Positions 25,035 through 35,420 of a DNA stretch of 64,000 nt are shown here, in pieces. Numbering within the stretch: the first letter of the stretch is position 1; every line of letters begins with the position of its first letter. Position numbers and translations under genes: made by a program. This DNA comes from an uncultured Pelagibacteraceae bacterium. GTDB taxonomy: Bacteria; Pseudomonadota; Alphaproteobacteria; Pelagibacterales; AG-422-B15. The notes beneath the pieces are model-generated. The model did no database searches. It was not told the origin of the DNA and saw only the letters and a list, made by a program, of their open reading frames with translations. The stretch is from NCBI GenBank assembly GCA_902624455.1, contig CACNXQ010000002.1:60155-124154 (forward strand), in the 5' to 3' direction.

Positions 25035-25474
25035 TGTCTTAATTCATTTCCAATATTCATTTTTGCATTGTTTTCAATCAAATCACTTAAGTTAACTGAG
25101 TTAAGATAATTGCCTATTACACCCTCAAGTTCTTCCCAAAAGTTATGTGTTAAACATTTTTTACCATTGCCTGAACAAAATGCTTTTGGATTATTTCCAC
25201 ACCCAGTTGTTTTAATTTTTTCATCAATAGCATCAAAAATTTCAAGTATTCTTATATCACTTGAATTTTTAGATAATTTATATCCTCCACCTGGACCTCT
25301 CTGGCTTCTAACGAGCTCAGCTTTTTTAAGGTCATTAAAAATTTGTTCGAGGTAAGATAAAGAAATATTTTGACGAATGGAAATATGAGCTAAGCTGCAT
25401 GGAGATGACTCTCCATGTTTAGCTATATCAACCATGGCTAAAACTGCGTATCTTCCTCTCGATGTTATTTTCAT
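25031..25474 (-). CDS. Rrf2 family transcriptional regulator (IscR-like, Fe-S ligand pattern present)
   Basis: N-terminal w[21 protein letters not shown]. The Cys/His cluster [19 protein letters not shown] resembles the IscR C..C..C..H ligand set. It overlaps the sufB start and the cysE stop by 4 nt each. Confidence 0.85.
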   Translation of the reverse strand: MKITSRGRYAVLAMVDIAKHGESSPCSLAHISIRQNISLSYLEQIFNDLKKAELVRSQRGPGGGYKLSKNSSDIRILEIFDAIDEKIKTTGCGNNPKAFCSGNGKKCLTHNFWEELEGVIGNYLNSVNLSDLIENNAKMNIGNELRQ

Positions 25475-26148
25475 CTATTCTCCATTAGACTTTTTTCAAG
25501 TTTTTCAATTCGTTCTTTTAATTCAGCATTATCTTTTTCAAGCTGGCTAACTATTGCACTGCGACTGTCATCGCCACGACTAACACCATAAGCCCTGAAT
25601 TTTTTAATCCCAGCTGGACTTGAGGTTGTATACCTTGCAGGGTTACCAATAACGCTTCTATTTGGCTCAATATCTTTTGCTACAACTGAGTTGGATCCGA
25701 CTTTAGAGTTTTCACCAATTGTTATAGGACCTAAAATTTGTGCTCCCGATCCGACAATGACATTATCAGCTAGGGTTGGGTGTCTTTTTTTATTTATTTG
25801 ACTTGCACTGTCTTCACTTGGTGATACACCCCCAAGCGTAACGCCATGATATATAGTAACATTATTACCAATTTCTGCTGTCTCACCAATGACAACACCC
25901 ATTCCATGGTCTATGAAAAATTTTGAACCAATCTTTGCCCCAGGGTGAATTTCAATGCCCGTCAATATTCTAGCTATATGAGACAATAATCTTGCTAAAA
26001 TATAAATTTTAAGTGACCAGACAAAGCTTGCTACGCGATATATGCCTAGGGCATGTAAGCCTGGCGAAGTTAAAACTGTCTCTATTCTACCCTTTGCTGC
26101 AGGATCTCTATCTATATAAGAGTCAATTAAATCAATGATTTTACTCAT
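25471..26148 (-). CDS. cysE: Serine O-acetyltransferase with C-terminal coiled-coil extension
   Basis: N-terminal DPAAKG...[14 protein letters not shown], hexapeptide repeats ([19 protein letters not shown]), and a C-terminal [20 protein letters not shown] tail. Confidence 0.85.
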   Translation of the reverse strand: MSKIIDLIDSYIDRDPAAKGRIETVLTSPGLHALGIYRVASFVWSLKIYILARLLSHIARILTGIEIHPGAKIGSKFFIDHGMGVVIGETAEIGNNVTIYHGVTLGGVSPSEDSASQINKKRHPTLADNVIVGSGAQILGPITIGENSKVGSNSVVAKDIEPNRSVIGNPARYTTSSPAGIKKFRAYGVSRGDDSRSAIVSQLEKDNAELKERIEKLEKSLMENR

Positions 26149-26182
26149 TTAAAAAAAAACCTTGAATTTTCAATATAAAATT

Positions 26183-26208
26183 TAGTATACCGTCTAAGTG
26201 GATATCTA
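26183..26208. promoter_or_regulatory. Imperfect inverted repeat, candidate Rrf2 operator in the cysE-suf promoter region
   Basis: TAGTATACC-N8-GGATATCTA (7/9 arm match), 35-60 bp upstream of the cysE ATG, in the divergent intergenic region. Confidence 0.25.
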
Positions 26209-26248
26209 TAATAACCCACCATTTCAGTCAACTATTTAATAACTATTT

Positions 26249-26911
26249 ATGAATAATCAAGTAAAAGAAGTTGTTTTTACCGGCCCAGATGGCAAGCTTG
26301 TAGGCAAATACAAAAAAGGTCAGTCGTTGAATCCTCCTGTAGCTGTAATCATTCATCCACATCCGCTATATGGGGGTACGATGAACAATCCTGTCGTACG
26401 TGAACTATTTTCAATATTTGACTCACTTGGCTTTTCTATCTTCAGATTTAATTTAAGAGGTGTAGGCAAAAGTGAAGGAAAATTTGATAATGGCTTAGGA
26501 GAATTAGCAGATGCGGCAGCTGCGCTTGATTGGATTCAAAGACAAAATCCTAACACCAATCAATGCTGGGTTGCTGGATTTTCTTTTGGAGCATTACTTT
26601 GCATGCAACTACTTATGCGAAGACCGGAAATAACAAGATTTATAAGTATTTCACCTCAACCAAATTTATACGATTTTAATTTTCTTGCGCCATGTCCATC
26701 ATCTGGCCTCATAGTTCAAGGCAAAAAAGATGATTTAGTTCCAATTGAAGAAACTGCAAAGCTTGCAGAAAAACTTCAATCTCAAAAAAATATAAATATA
26801 GAATATGAAGAGATTACTGGTGCAAACCATTTTTACGACAATGAAATGGAAAAACTTAACAATACAATATCTAGTTATATTGAAAAAGAACTTAACTCCC
26901 GTTTTAGATAA
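26249..26911 (+). CDS. Alpha/beta hydrolase fold protein
   Basis: Nucleophile elbow GFSFGA (GxSxG), a conserved Asp (GKKDDLV) and a C-terminal His (GANHFY). Confidence 0.6.
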   Translation: MNNQVKEVVFTGPDGKLVGKYKKGQSLNPPVAVIIHPHPLYGGTMNNPVVRELFSIFDSLGFSIFRFNLRGVGKSEGKFDNGLGELADAAAALDWIQRQNPNTNQCWVAGFSFGALLCMQLLMRRPEITRFISISPQPNLYDFNFLAPCPSSGLIVQGKKDDLVPIEETAKLAEKLQSQKNINIEYEEITGANHFYDNEMEKLNNTISSYIEKELNSRFR

Positions 26912-27983
26912 TTTTTCCTCCAGTAGTAGCCCTTGAAACATTCGTAGTACTTGGAAAAGAAATTGGAAGACTCTTTAATCGTCTTACTCCCAAGTAACAG
27001 AAGGCATCAGACTCAACAAAATCAACGTTTATATCTAAGTCTTTGTTCGGAATAATCTGAACGTTAGAAAGATCTTTAACAAGTTTTATTATAAACTTAT
27101 TTTTTGACCCCCCACCTGTAATTATTACTTTTTCAATTCTGTGTGCTTGTAATGATTGTACTATCGACACAGCAGTGAAGGCTGAAATTGTTGCACAGGT
27201 GTCAAAAAAATCTAAATGCTTAAATGGAGAAAGTTTAAAATAATTATTATCAAGAGACTTTGGGTAATTTTTTTTAAAATAATTATCTTGCATCAACTTA
27301 TTAATTAAATTCCAATCTATCTTGCCTTTGCTAGAAAATTTTCCATTTTGATCAAATAAGATATTTTTAGTTTGAATAACATATTTATCTAAAAGGCACA
27401 TTCCCGGACCAATATCGTATGCAATTATTTTTCGTGATGATGAACAAATAGATATATTTGAAATGCCTCCAATATTTATAAAACATGTATTACCTATTAA
27501 TTTATTTTTTTTTAGAATTAATTGATGATAAATAGGCGCTAAGGGAGCCCCCTCTCCTCCATTCCGTAAATCTGACTGTCTGAAATCATAAACTACCTTT
27601 TTTCTCATTTCTTTAGCAATGTATGGTCCATCACAAAGCTGTATCGATGATTTCATTGAGGGATTATGATAAACGGTTTGGCCATGTATGCATATAAGAT
27701 CAATTTTATAATTGTGTTTATCTATAAATTTTTGAATAGCTCTGACATATTCTTTTGAAATTTTTTTTCTCAAAAAAATTAAATCTTCAATCGAGTATTT
27801 TGAATTATGGAATCTAACTATACAGTCCTTTATCAGATTTCTTAAGTCTGTTTTATACGCAACATATGATGACTTAATATTTTTGAGTCTTGTTTTGCCA
27901 TCTGTGAAACATAGTGATAGGTCAATTCCATCAAGTGACGTACCGGTCATTATGCCAAGGGCAAAATAGCTACGATTATTCAT
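26904..27983 (-). CDS. anmK: Anhydro-N-acetylmuramic acid kinase
   Basis: N-terminal GIMTGTSLDGIDLS motif and ~360 aa length. Confidence 0.85.
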   Translation of the reverse strand: MNNRSYFALGIMTGTSLDGIDLSLCFTDGKTRLKNIKSSYVAYKTDLRNLIKDCIVRFHNSKYSIEDLIFLRKKISKEYVRAIQKFIDKHNYKIDLICIHGQTVYHNPSMKSSIQLCDGPYIAKEMRKKVVYDFRQSDLRNGGEGAPLAPIYHQLILKKNKLIGNTCFINIGGISNISICSSSRKIIAYDIGPGMCLLDKYVIQTKNILFDQNGKFSSKGKIDWNLINKLMQDNYFKKNYPKSLDNNYFKLSPFKHLDFFDTCATISAFTAVSIVQSLQAHRIEKVIITGGGSKNKFIIKLVKDLSNVQIIPNKDLDINVDFVESDAFCYLGVRRLKSLPISFPSTTNVSRATTGGKII

Positions 27984-28034
27984 ATCAATTTTTCGAGCTT
28001 TTCATTCATATTATAATATTATAATAGTCATTAT

Positions 28035-29264
28035 ATGACATTATTTTCTGAATTAAAGGGAAGAGGCTTCATTCATCAGTGCACGAATGAGGAAGAACTA
28101 TCACGTCTCATCGAAAATAAAAAAATTAAGTTTTATATTGGTTTTGATTGCACCGCAAAATCATTACATGTCGGAAGTCTCATACAGATTATGATCATGA
28201 AGCTTTTTCAAAAGTATGGTCACGTTCCAATTATATTAATTGGTAAGGGTACAACTAAAATAGGAGACCCTTCTGGTAAAGATGAGACAAGAAAAATGCT
28301 TACAGATGATGAAATAGATGCCAATGGAAAGAACCTTGAAAAAGTTTTCTCTAAATTTCTAAATATGTCAGAGAATAACACTTTAATACGAGATAACGCA
28401 AAATGGCTTCAAAAACTAAATTATGTAGATTTTCTGAGAGATTACGGCAAACATTTCACAATTAATAAAATGTTATCATTTGATAGCGTTAAAATTAGAT
28501 TGGAAAGAGAACAATCACTTAGTTTTGTAGAATTTAACTATATGATTTTCCAAGCATATGACTTTTACGAGCTAAATAAAACTGATGATTGCGCCTTACA
28601 AATTGGAGGTTCTGATCAATGGGGTAATATAGTTAACGGTGTAGAACTTATAAGGAGAGTGAACAATAATATCGCTTACGGCTTAACAACGCCGCTTCTT
28701 ACAAATGCCAATGGAGATAAAATGGGCAAAACAGCTGATGGAGCTGTTTGGCTGGATGAGGAAATGCTCTCTCCATACGATTATTGGCAATTTTGGAGAA
28801 ATGTAGATGATCGAGATGTAATTAAATTCATAAAATTATTCACTATTATGGACTTAGAAAAAATTAATGAATTAGAAAAAAATAATAAAAATATAAATGA
28901 ATTAAAAATTTTACTCGCCAATGAAGCTACTAAACTACTTCATGGTGAAAAGGAATCTCAAAAAGCAGAAAAAATTGCAACCGAATTATTTTCAAAAGAT
29001 ACAATGTCAGACGACATGCCGACTTTAAGGCTTAAAGCTAATGAGGTTAAACAAAATCAATATTTGTCTGATTTAATAGTTAGAATGGAAATGGCTTCGT
29101 CTAAGTCAGAGAGTAGAAAATTAATTCGTGGAAATGGAGTCAAAGTGAATAGGAAGTCAATATCAGACGAGATGTACGTCATTAGTCAAAGTGATTTAGA
29201 AAATGAGGGTGCAATACTTGTAAGTGTTGGAAAAAAAAGACATTTTAAAATCACTCTTGATTAA
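28035..29264 (+). CDS. tyrS: Tyrosine--tRNA ligase
   Basis: HIGH-type SLHVGSL, KMSKS-type KMGKT, GGSDQWGNI, and a C-terminal S4 domain. Confidence 0.95.
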   Translation: MTLFSELKGRGFIHQCTNEEELSRLIENKKIKFYIGFDCTAKSLHVGSLIQIMIMKLFQKYGHVPIILIGKGTTKIGDPSGKDETRKMLTDDEIDANGKNLEKVFSKFLNMSENNTLIRDNAKWLQKLNYVDFLRDYGKHFTINKMLSFDSVKIRLEREQSLSFVEFNYMIFQAYDFYELNKTDDCALQIGGSDQWGNIVNGVELIRRVNNNIAYGLTTPLLTNANGDKMGKTADGAVWLDEEMLSPYDYWQFWRNVDDRDVIKFIKLFTIMDLEKINELEKNNKNINELKILLANEATKLLHGEKESQKAEKIATELFSKDTMSDDMPTLRLKANEVKQNQYLSDLIVRMEMASSKSESRKLIRGNGVKVNRKSISDEMYVISQSDLENEGAILVSVGKKRHFKITLD

Positions 29265-31719
29265 CACTATTTAAATTTTGTAAAAATTCTCCTGCTCTCT
29301 CCAAAATTCTTGGTTTAATGATTGTCAAAGGATTTGATTCAACATCTGGATCTTCTGAGCTACCAGTTAAACTAAAGTCAATGGAGAATAATCCTTCTCC
29401 TTCATTACCAACAATAATATCACCCAATACTGGTAAATTTTGAATAATTGCATTAATGAGATGTAAAGGGCTAATTTCACCTTTCATATTAATTGATTTT
29501 AATTCACGATCAATACTTCCATCCATAACAAGTCCAAGACTATCGCTCACAGCAAAAGCTTCAATATTTTCAAAACTTTTCTCAGTTTCAACATATTTGA
29601 GATCACCATAGCCAAACCTAATTCCTTGCTCACCTTCAGCAATACCTACTAAACCTGAAATAGATGGTAGTGAAAGAAGTTTTAAGGATGCAGGTGAATT
29701 AATTAATACAAAATCATTTAATTTTATATTTACATCTGCTTTCAAAGTTTCAAGGTTTCTTACCGATATCATTTCAATATCACCATCACTCAATAACTTA
29801 TATGCTGTATGATCTTCATTCACAAAGTCTGAAATATTATTTGAATAAATTATATTCGTATCTTCATATTCATTTTTTTCTCTTGTGTATTTTAAGTGAG
29901 ATGTTCCATTAGTTGCTCCGCTATGTACCTTTAAATTTAATTTTTCTTTATTTATCGTAGCTTTGAAATTGTCTGCCTGAACATTGCCGTTGAAAATAAC
30001 TTTTCGAGTATTGATTTTGTAAAATTCTTTATTTAAATAAAAACTATTTTTTTTCTTATATTCGATTTTATTTTGTGACAAATCTATAATATCTCCATCA
30101 ATAGACATATGAAGTACTCTTTTTGATAAGTCTCCACTTATGTTGAGTTTTACATTATCTGAATTATCAATAGCAACTTGATCAAAATATAAGTGATTAT
30201 CACTATTCAACCTGAATTTTCCCTTTAAATCAATCGGACTGCCAATGGAGTTAAATTTAACAAAGCTATCATTATCTTGATCAAAAGAACCTGTGAACTT
30301 GATATCAAGTTCATCACCTCTTACTTTTGCTAAATTTATTTGTCTTATATAGGCCTCAGTGTCATTAAAATTAATCTCCCCATCAAAATCAACTTTAGAT
30401 TTTTCAAGATTAAATAAATTAAATTTATAATTAATTTTCCCCGAAATCTCATTTGGAATTTCACGATCATCAAATACATAGTTTATATTCAATGGACCTT
30501 CAAATGTTATTGAAGTATCTCTAAATATTTCATTTGCTTTATTGCGCTTTAAATCAAAGGAAAAAGAAGTGAATACTTTTTGTTTCTCTACTAAGGATGA
30601 CTCTAACAAGTTTATGATTCTAGCATCTTTTGAATCATCCAAACTAAAAAGTCTTTCAAAAAAAGCTATAATAATATCTTTTTCAATTCTAATTGGAATA
30701 TTAGCTGTACCATTACTAAAACTGAGATTATTAGATGAAATATTTGCATCCTTAATAATTAAAATATCATTTTTTAATTCATGAATTGTTAGACTGTTAA
30801 TGTTTTTGTCTTTCAGTAATGATATTTTATAATTGGATAGATAGGACTGTTCATAAAGAAAATCTTCAACTGGATTTAAATTTAATTCATATATGCCGTT
30901 CATTAATAATTCTGAATTTTCAGCAAGTACAAATTTGTCTATATTATATAAATCAAAGTTATCTAAAGTTGTATCAAGATTGATATTTTGCCATCCAATA
31001 AAATTATCAAGTTGACTTAATATCTGTTCTGGAATTGCAAATAACTTTGATTGTAGTATTTTAGGATTTACAGAAAAATTGAGATTTAATTTTAATTTTT
31101 TACTTAAGTTATCAAAATTAATGTGACCCCTATCAATTAGAAAAATATTACTACCCATAAATTTATTTAAAATTATTTTTTTATCATCATGCAAATAATT
31201 CATATCTAATGAGAATGTTGTCTTATCTACTGTTTCAATGTCACCAGATAAATATTGCATGGACGTAAAACCATTTTTTAATGGATTATCTAATACAACC
31301 GAAGCCATTACTTGATCTAAAGAAGGGTCCGCTTTGAATTTTGAGACTAAACCATATATAGGTTCCGAAAAATTAATTTCATCAAATTTTACATTACATT
31401 CATTATTTGATAACTGTTGAAAAATACAACTAATTGGAAGTTCAAGTTTGTTAATTGCTATCTCATTATCTTTACCGTCTAACAATACTACGAAATTATT
31501 TATGTTAAATTGTAATCCTGTGTTAGCGCTATATATCAATAGACCTTTCTTAAAATCAAGTGAGTAATTTTCAAATTTATCCGATAGTTTGCTATTCAAG
31601 TACGGTTTTAAGAAGTTTACTGATAAACCTTTATTTATAATCGACACAAAAAAGTATAAACAAACGGTCAAAATCAAAGATAAAATAGAGATCAGAGTAT
31701 ATTTTAAAATCTTATTCAT
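29251..31719 (-). CDS. Large membrane-anchored AsmA-family / YhdP-like protein
   Basis: N-terminal TM anchor and 822 aa of beta-rich, Asn/Asp-rich sequence. The C-terminus (GLFSIDFSLTGSSEDPDVESNPLTIIKPRILER) resembles the AsmA_2 C-terminal region. Confidence 0.55.
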   Translation of the reverse strand: MNKILKYTLISILSLILTVCLYFFVSIINKGLSVNFLKPYLNSKLSDKFENYSLDFKKGLLIYSANTGLQFNINNFVVLLDGKDNEIAINKLELPISCIFQQLSNNECNVKFDEINFSEPIYGLVSKFKADPSLDQVMASVVLDNPLKNGFTSMQYLSGDIETVDKTTFSLDMNYLHDDKKIILNKFMGSNIFLIDRGHINFDNLSKKLKLNLNFSVNPKILQSKLFAIPEQILSQLDNFIGWQNINLDTTLDNFDLYNIDKFVLAENSELLMNGIYELNLNPVEDFLYEQSYLSNYKISLLKDKNINSLTIHELKNDILIIKDANISSNNLSFSNGTANIPIRIEKDIIIAFFERLFSLDDSKDARIINLLESSLVEKQKVFTSFSFDLKRNKANEIFRDTSITFEGPLNINYVFDDREIPNEISGKINYKFNLFNLEKSKVDFDGEINFNDTEAYIRQINLAKVRGDELDIKFTGSFDQDNDSFVKFNSIGSPIDLKGKFRLNSDNHLYFDQVAIDNSDNVKLNISGDLSKRVLHMSIDGDIIDLSQNKIEYKKKNSFYLNKEFYKINTRKVIFNGNVQADNFKATINKEKLNLKVHSGATNGTSHLKYTREKNEYEDTNIIYSNNISDFVNEDHTAYKLLSDGDIEMISVRNLETLKADVNIKLNDFVLINSPASLKLLSLPSISGLVGIAEGEQGIRFGYGDLKYVETEKSFENIEAFAVSDSLGLVMDGSIDRELKSINMKGEISPLHLINAIIQNLPVLGDIIVGNEGEGLFSIDFSLTGSSEDPDVESNPLTIIKPRILERAGEFLQNLNSVNQE

Positions 31720-31721
31720 GT

Positions 31722-32817
31722 TTATTTGCGTAAATTAATATTAGAAAATATTAATTTATCAATATTTCCATCTAATACAGAATCTGGGTCTGTATCTTCA
31801 TAATTGCTTCTGAGATCTTTCACCATCCTATATGGATGTAAAACATAAGAACGAATTTGGTTTCCCCATCCTATTTCAGATTTTTCTCCTGCTTTAGTTT
31901 TCTTATCCTCGTCCATTTTTTCTCTTTCTATTTCGTAAAGTTTTGATTTTAAGAGACTCATTGCAGTTGCTTTATTTTTATGTTGAGATCTTTCGTTTTG
32001 ACATTGAACTACAATTCCTGTGGGTTCATGTGTAATTCTTATGGCGCTATCGGTAGTATTAACATGCTGACCACCTGCACCCGACGCTCTAAATGTGTCT
32101 ATTCTTAAATCTTTATCATTTATGTTTACCTCAATATTCTCATCTACATAGGGTGAAATCCAAACACTTGAAAAGCTTGTGTGACGTCTTGAATTAGAGT
32201 CAAAAGGTGAAATTCTAACTAATCTATGAATTCCAGACTCTTTCTTCAAGTAACCAAAAGCATAACTTCCTTCTATCAATAATGTTGATGATTTAATTCC
32301 TGCTTCTTCACCAAATGACTCATGAATTAATGTCGCTTTAAAGTTTTTTTTCTCTGCCCATCTTAGGTACATTCTTAACAACATTTGTGCCCAATCCTGA
32401 CTTTCTGTGCCCCCAGCACCAGCATGAATTTCTAAGTAACAATTCTTACTGTCTGCGTCATCTTTAAACTGCAATTTAAATTCTTGAGATTCTAGATCTT
32501 CAATTATTTTTAATATACTTTGGTTACATTCTGAAATAGTTGAAATGTCATTTTCTTCAATCGCTAACTGGTAAAGATCATTATTTTCAGATATTAAGTT
32601 TGAATACTGACTTACTAATTGAAGATTATTTTCAACTTCACTTAGTTTCATCATAGTAAGCTTTGCGCTATCACTATTAGACCAGAAATTTGGATCTTCA
32701 GATAACTTTTTTAGTTTGTCTCTTTCGATTTCTAATTGATCAGTGTCAAAGATGCCTCCTAATTAAGTCGAGCTTTTCTTTTGCAAGTGAGTTCTGATGT
32801 TCAAAGTCAATTTCCAT
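31722..32817 (-). CDS. prfB: Peptide chain release factor 2, requires programmed +1 frameshift
   Basis: ORF1 MEIDFEHQNSLAKEKLDLIRRHL then TGA (complement of 32748-32746). ORF2 is in the +1 frame, contiguous with track ORF 31722..32654. It carries the SPF (RISPFDS) and GGQ (SGAGGQHVN) motifs. Confidence 0.95.
32745..32760 (-). promoter_or_regulatory. RF2 autoregulatory +1 frameshift site
   Basis: The minus strand reads AGGAGG CAT CTT TGA C. This has the same layout as the classical E. coli prfB site: an SD-like element 3 nt before the slippery CTT, then in-frame TGA followed by C. Confidence 0.9.
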
Positions 32818-35201
32818 TAGTATAATACATAATCGTCTGACAAATCCTCCTCAACTTGAATGATTTGAAATCCGTCAGCACCTGTTAAAGTTTCAAAATT
32901 ATTTACAAGATTATCACTTTTACTAAAAGCTTCATAGATAGATTTGGGGTCATTTACACCAGAACTCAACTGTCCGGTTTGATGATTAATTTGTACCAAT
33001 TCTATACCGCTAGGAATAACAAAGGGAAGTGGTGTATCATCTTCATAATATCCAGTCATAAACTCTTTAAATATGGGGAGAGCAACAGAAGAACCGGTTT
33101 CTCTTTTTCCGAGGGATTTAGGGCTATCAAATCCAACATAAATTCCTACGATAATTTCTGATGAAAATCCTATGAACCACGCATCAGTATTATTATTTGT
33201 AGTGCCAGTTTTTCCTCCAATTTCAATGTTTTCGATTTTAGTTTTTTTTCCTGTTCCTCGATCAACTACACCTTTTAAAATAGATACCATTTGATAGGAA
33301 TTTACAGGCGAAAATATAGATGTTTGGTTAGTTTCAAGTTTTGGTCTTGGATCCTCTTCGATAAAAGGATTTGTACAATTTTCACAAACACCAAAATCTG
33401 CAAGATAAATATTATTACCTCTTCTATCTTGAATTCTATCAATTATATTTGGATAAACATGCTTTCCACCATTAACGAATGATGCATATGCACTTGTAAG
33501 TTTGATAAGTGAGGTTTCGCCTGCACCAAGTGACATAGACAGAACTTTTGGCATATCATTTAATATGCCTGTCCGATTGGCTATTTCAGAAACTTTGTCC
33601 ATACCCAAATACTGAGCAATTCTAATTGTCATTAAATTTCTAGAGTTCTCAATTCCTATCCTTAGAGGTGTTGGTCCATAAAACTTTTTTCCATAATTTT
33701 CTGGTTTCCACTTCCCTAGTTCACCACCTTGATCAATTACAAAAGGTGCATCAAGTATTAAGCTATTTGGTTGTAAGCCATTTTCTAAAGCAGACATATA
33801 AACAAATGGCTTAAAAGCTGATCCCGGTTGCCTCTTCGCCTGTAGAGCCCTGTTAAAATTACTTAGTTTGAAATCAAATCCACCAGACATTGCAAGAATT
33901 CTTCCTGAAAATGGATCCATGACAACTATGGCTCCATTGACTTCTGGTATCTGTTCTAAAGAGAATGTTCCATCAAAATTATTTGATACCAATATAATAT
34001 CATCTTTTTCAACTATATCATCGACATTATCAATTTTTGGTCCAACATTGTTATCATTTATATATTTTCTAGCCCATTTAAAATCTGACAAATTGCCTTC
34101 TTTAAGATCTTCATTAATAAGTACTTCAATTATTGCCTTATTGTCGTCAATGAACTTAACCCTAGCTAGTGAAAAACTGTCTGGAATTTTTATTTTTTGT
34201 TTTATAAGCTTTAAATCTACATTCTTAAACTTATTCAATGGTCCTTTGAAGCCATGCCTTTTATCATAATTCTTTAAACCATTTTTAAGCGCATTATCTG
34301 CTAATGATTGAGTTCGAGTATCTAACGATGTTCTTACTGATAAACCACCATGATATAATGTCTCTTCATCAAAAATATTAATTATCTTTTTTCTTATCTC
34401 TTCGATAAAAAATTTAGAAGAATAATATTCTTTTGTTGTACCTAGTTCTGTAATAAGTGGTTTTTTAAGCAATGTTTCCAATTGATTTTTATTTAAGAAG
34501 TCATTTGCAAACATTCTTTTCAAAACATAGTTTCTCCTATCAAAAGCCTTCTCATAATTTCTTTTTGGATGATAGCGACTTGGTGCTTTCGGAAGTGCGG
34601 CTAAAAAAGCCATCTCATCAATTGAAAGTTCACTTAAGGACTTTTTAAAATATCGATTTGAAGCGGCAGCAACTCCGTATGTTCCGGATCCGAGATATAT
34701 TTGATTAAGATACAATTCTAGAATTCGATCCTTTTCTAAAACCTGCTCTATTTTAATTGCTAACAATGCTTCTTTAATTTTTCTACGAAGTGATAATTCA
34801 TCATTAAGTAAAAAGTTTTTAGCAACTTGTTGAGTGATTGTTGATGCTCCCTGAGGTCTTCTTTCATTTAAATAGTTCGATATATTTCTTATGGATGCTT
34901 TAAGTATTCCTATTCCATCAATTCCAAAATGATTATAAAAATTTTTATCTTCTGCAGATATGAATGCTTGCTTTAATTGAATAGGAATATCTTCAATAGG
35001 GATGAAAATTCTATACTCTCTCGAAAATTCTTTTACAAGGGTTCCATCAGATGAGTGAACTCTTGTGAGAACATTCGGCTTATACGTTTTAAGGCTGGAA
35101 AAATCAGGCAACTCATTTAGGAAAATTAAAACAGTTATTAGTGCAGTTATAGGAAGCACTGTAAATAATATGATAAAATTTCTGTAACTAAATAATTTCA
35201 T
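32817..35201 (-). CDS. mrcA: Penicillin-binding protein 1A (bifunctional transglycosylase/transpeptidase)
   Basis: GT51 motifs (ISAEDKNFYNHFGID, GASTITQQ, RKIKE) and transpeptidase motifs SAFKPF (SxxK) and KTGTT. Its stop overlaps the prfB ATG (TAATG). Confidence 0.9.
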   Translation of the reverse strand: MKLFSYRNFIILFTVLPITALITVLIFLNELPDFSSLKTYKPNVLTRVHSSDGTLVKEFSREYRIFIPIEDIPIQLKQAFISAEDKNFYNHFGIDGIGILKASIRNISNYLNERRPQGASTITQQVAKNFLLNDELSLRRKIKEALLAIKIEQVLEKDRILELYLNQIYLGSGTYGVAAASNRYFKKSLSELSIDEMAFLAALPKAPSRYHPKRNYEKAFDRRNYVLKRMFANDFLNKNQLETLLKKPLITELGTTKEYYSSKFFIEEIRKKIINIFDEETLYHGGLSVRTSLDTRTQSLADNALKNGLKNYDKRHGFKGPLNKFKNVDLKLIKQKIKIPDSFSLARVKFIDDNKAIIEVLINEDLKEGNLSDFKWARKYINDNNVGPKIDNVDDIVEKDDIILVSNNFDGTFSLEQIPEVNGAIVVMDPFSGRILAMSGGFDFKLSNFNRALQAKRQPGSAFKPFVYMSALENGLQPNSLILDAPFVIDQGGELGKWKPENYGKKFYGPTPLRIGIENSRNLMTIRIAQYLGMDKVSEIANRTGILNDMPKVLSMSLGAGETSLIKLTSAYASFVNGGKHVYPNIIDRIQDRRGNNIYLADFGVCENCTNPFIEEDPRPKLETNQTSIFSPVNSYQMVSILKGVVDRGTGKKTKIENIEIGGKTGTTNNNTDAWFIGFSSEIIVGIYVGFDSPKSLGKRETGSSVALPIFKEFMTGYYEDDTPLPFVIPSGIELVQINHQTGQLSSGVNDPKSIYEAFSKSDNLVNNFETLTGADGFQIIQVEEDLSDDYVLY

Positions 35202-35420
35202 TATTTAATATTTTTAATTTTTTATGTGGCAATCGTTAGACAATAAGAGACAAAATAGGTTATTTTTATCAATTTTTGATGATATTAAAATATTTGATTT
35301 TTGATAACAACGCATGTAACTATAGGGATAACATATTGAAAAAATGAATAAAATTAATTTATCTAAAATACTATATTCTTCGCTGCTTTTGAATAGCAGC
35401 AATTTGAAAGGTTTCTTTAA

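Noticed and set aside
33868-34269. 133-aa plus-strand ORF, together with similar antisense ORFs at 2226..2522, 8655..8897, 13945..14223, 21149..21430, 36764..37168, 39843..40112, 42583..42834, 44215..44634, 53110..53391, 60521..60724 and 62303..62551
   Set aside because: All lie entirely inside strongly supported genes on the opposite strand. They have low-complexity Ser/Leu/Ile/Phe-rich translations typical of antisense frames in AT-rich DNA, and no start-site signals.
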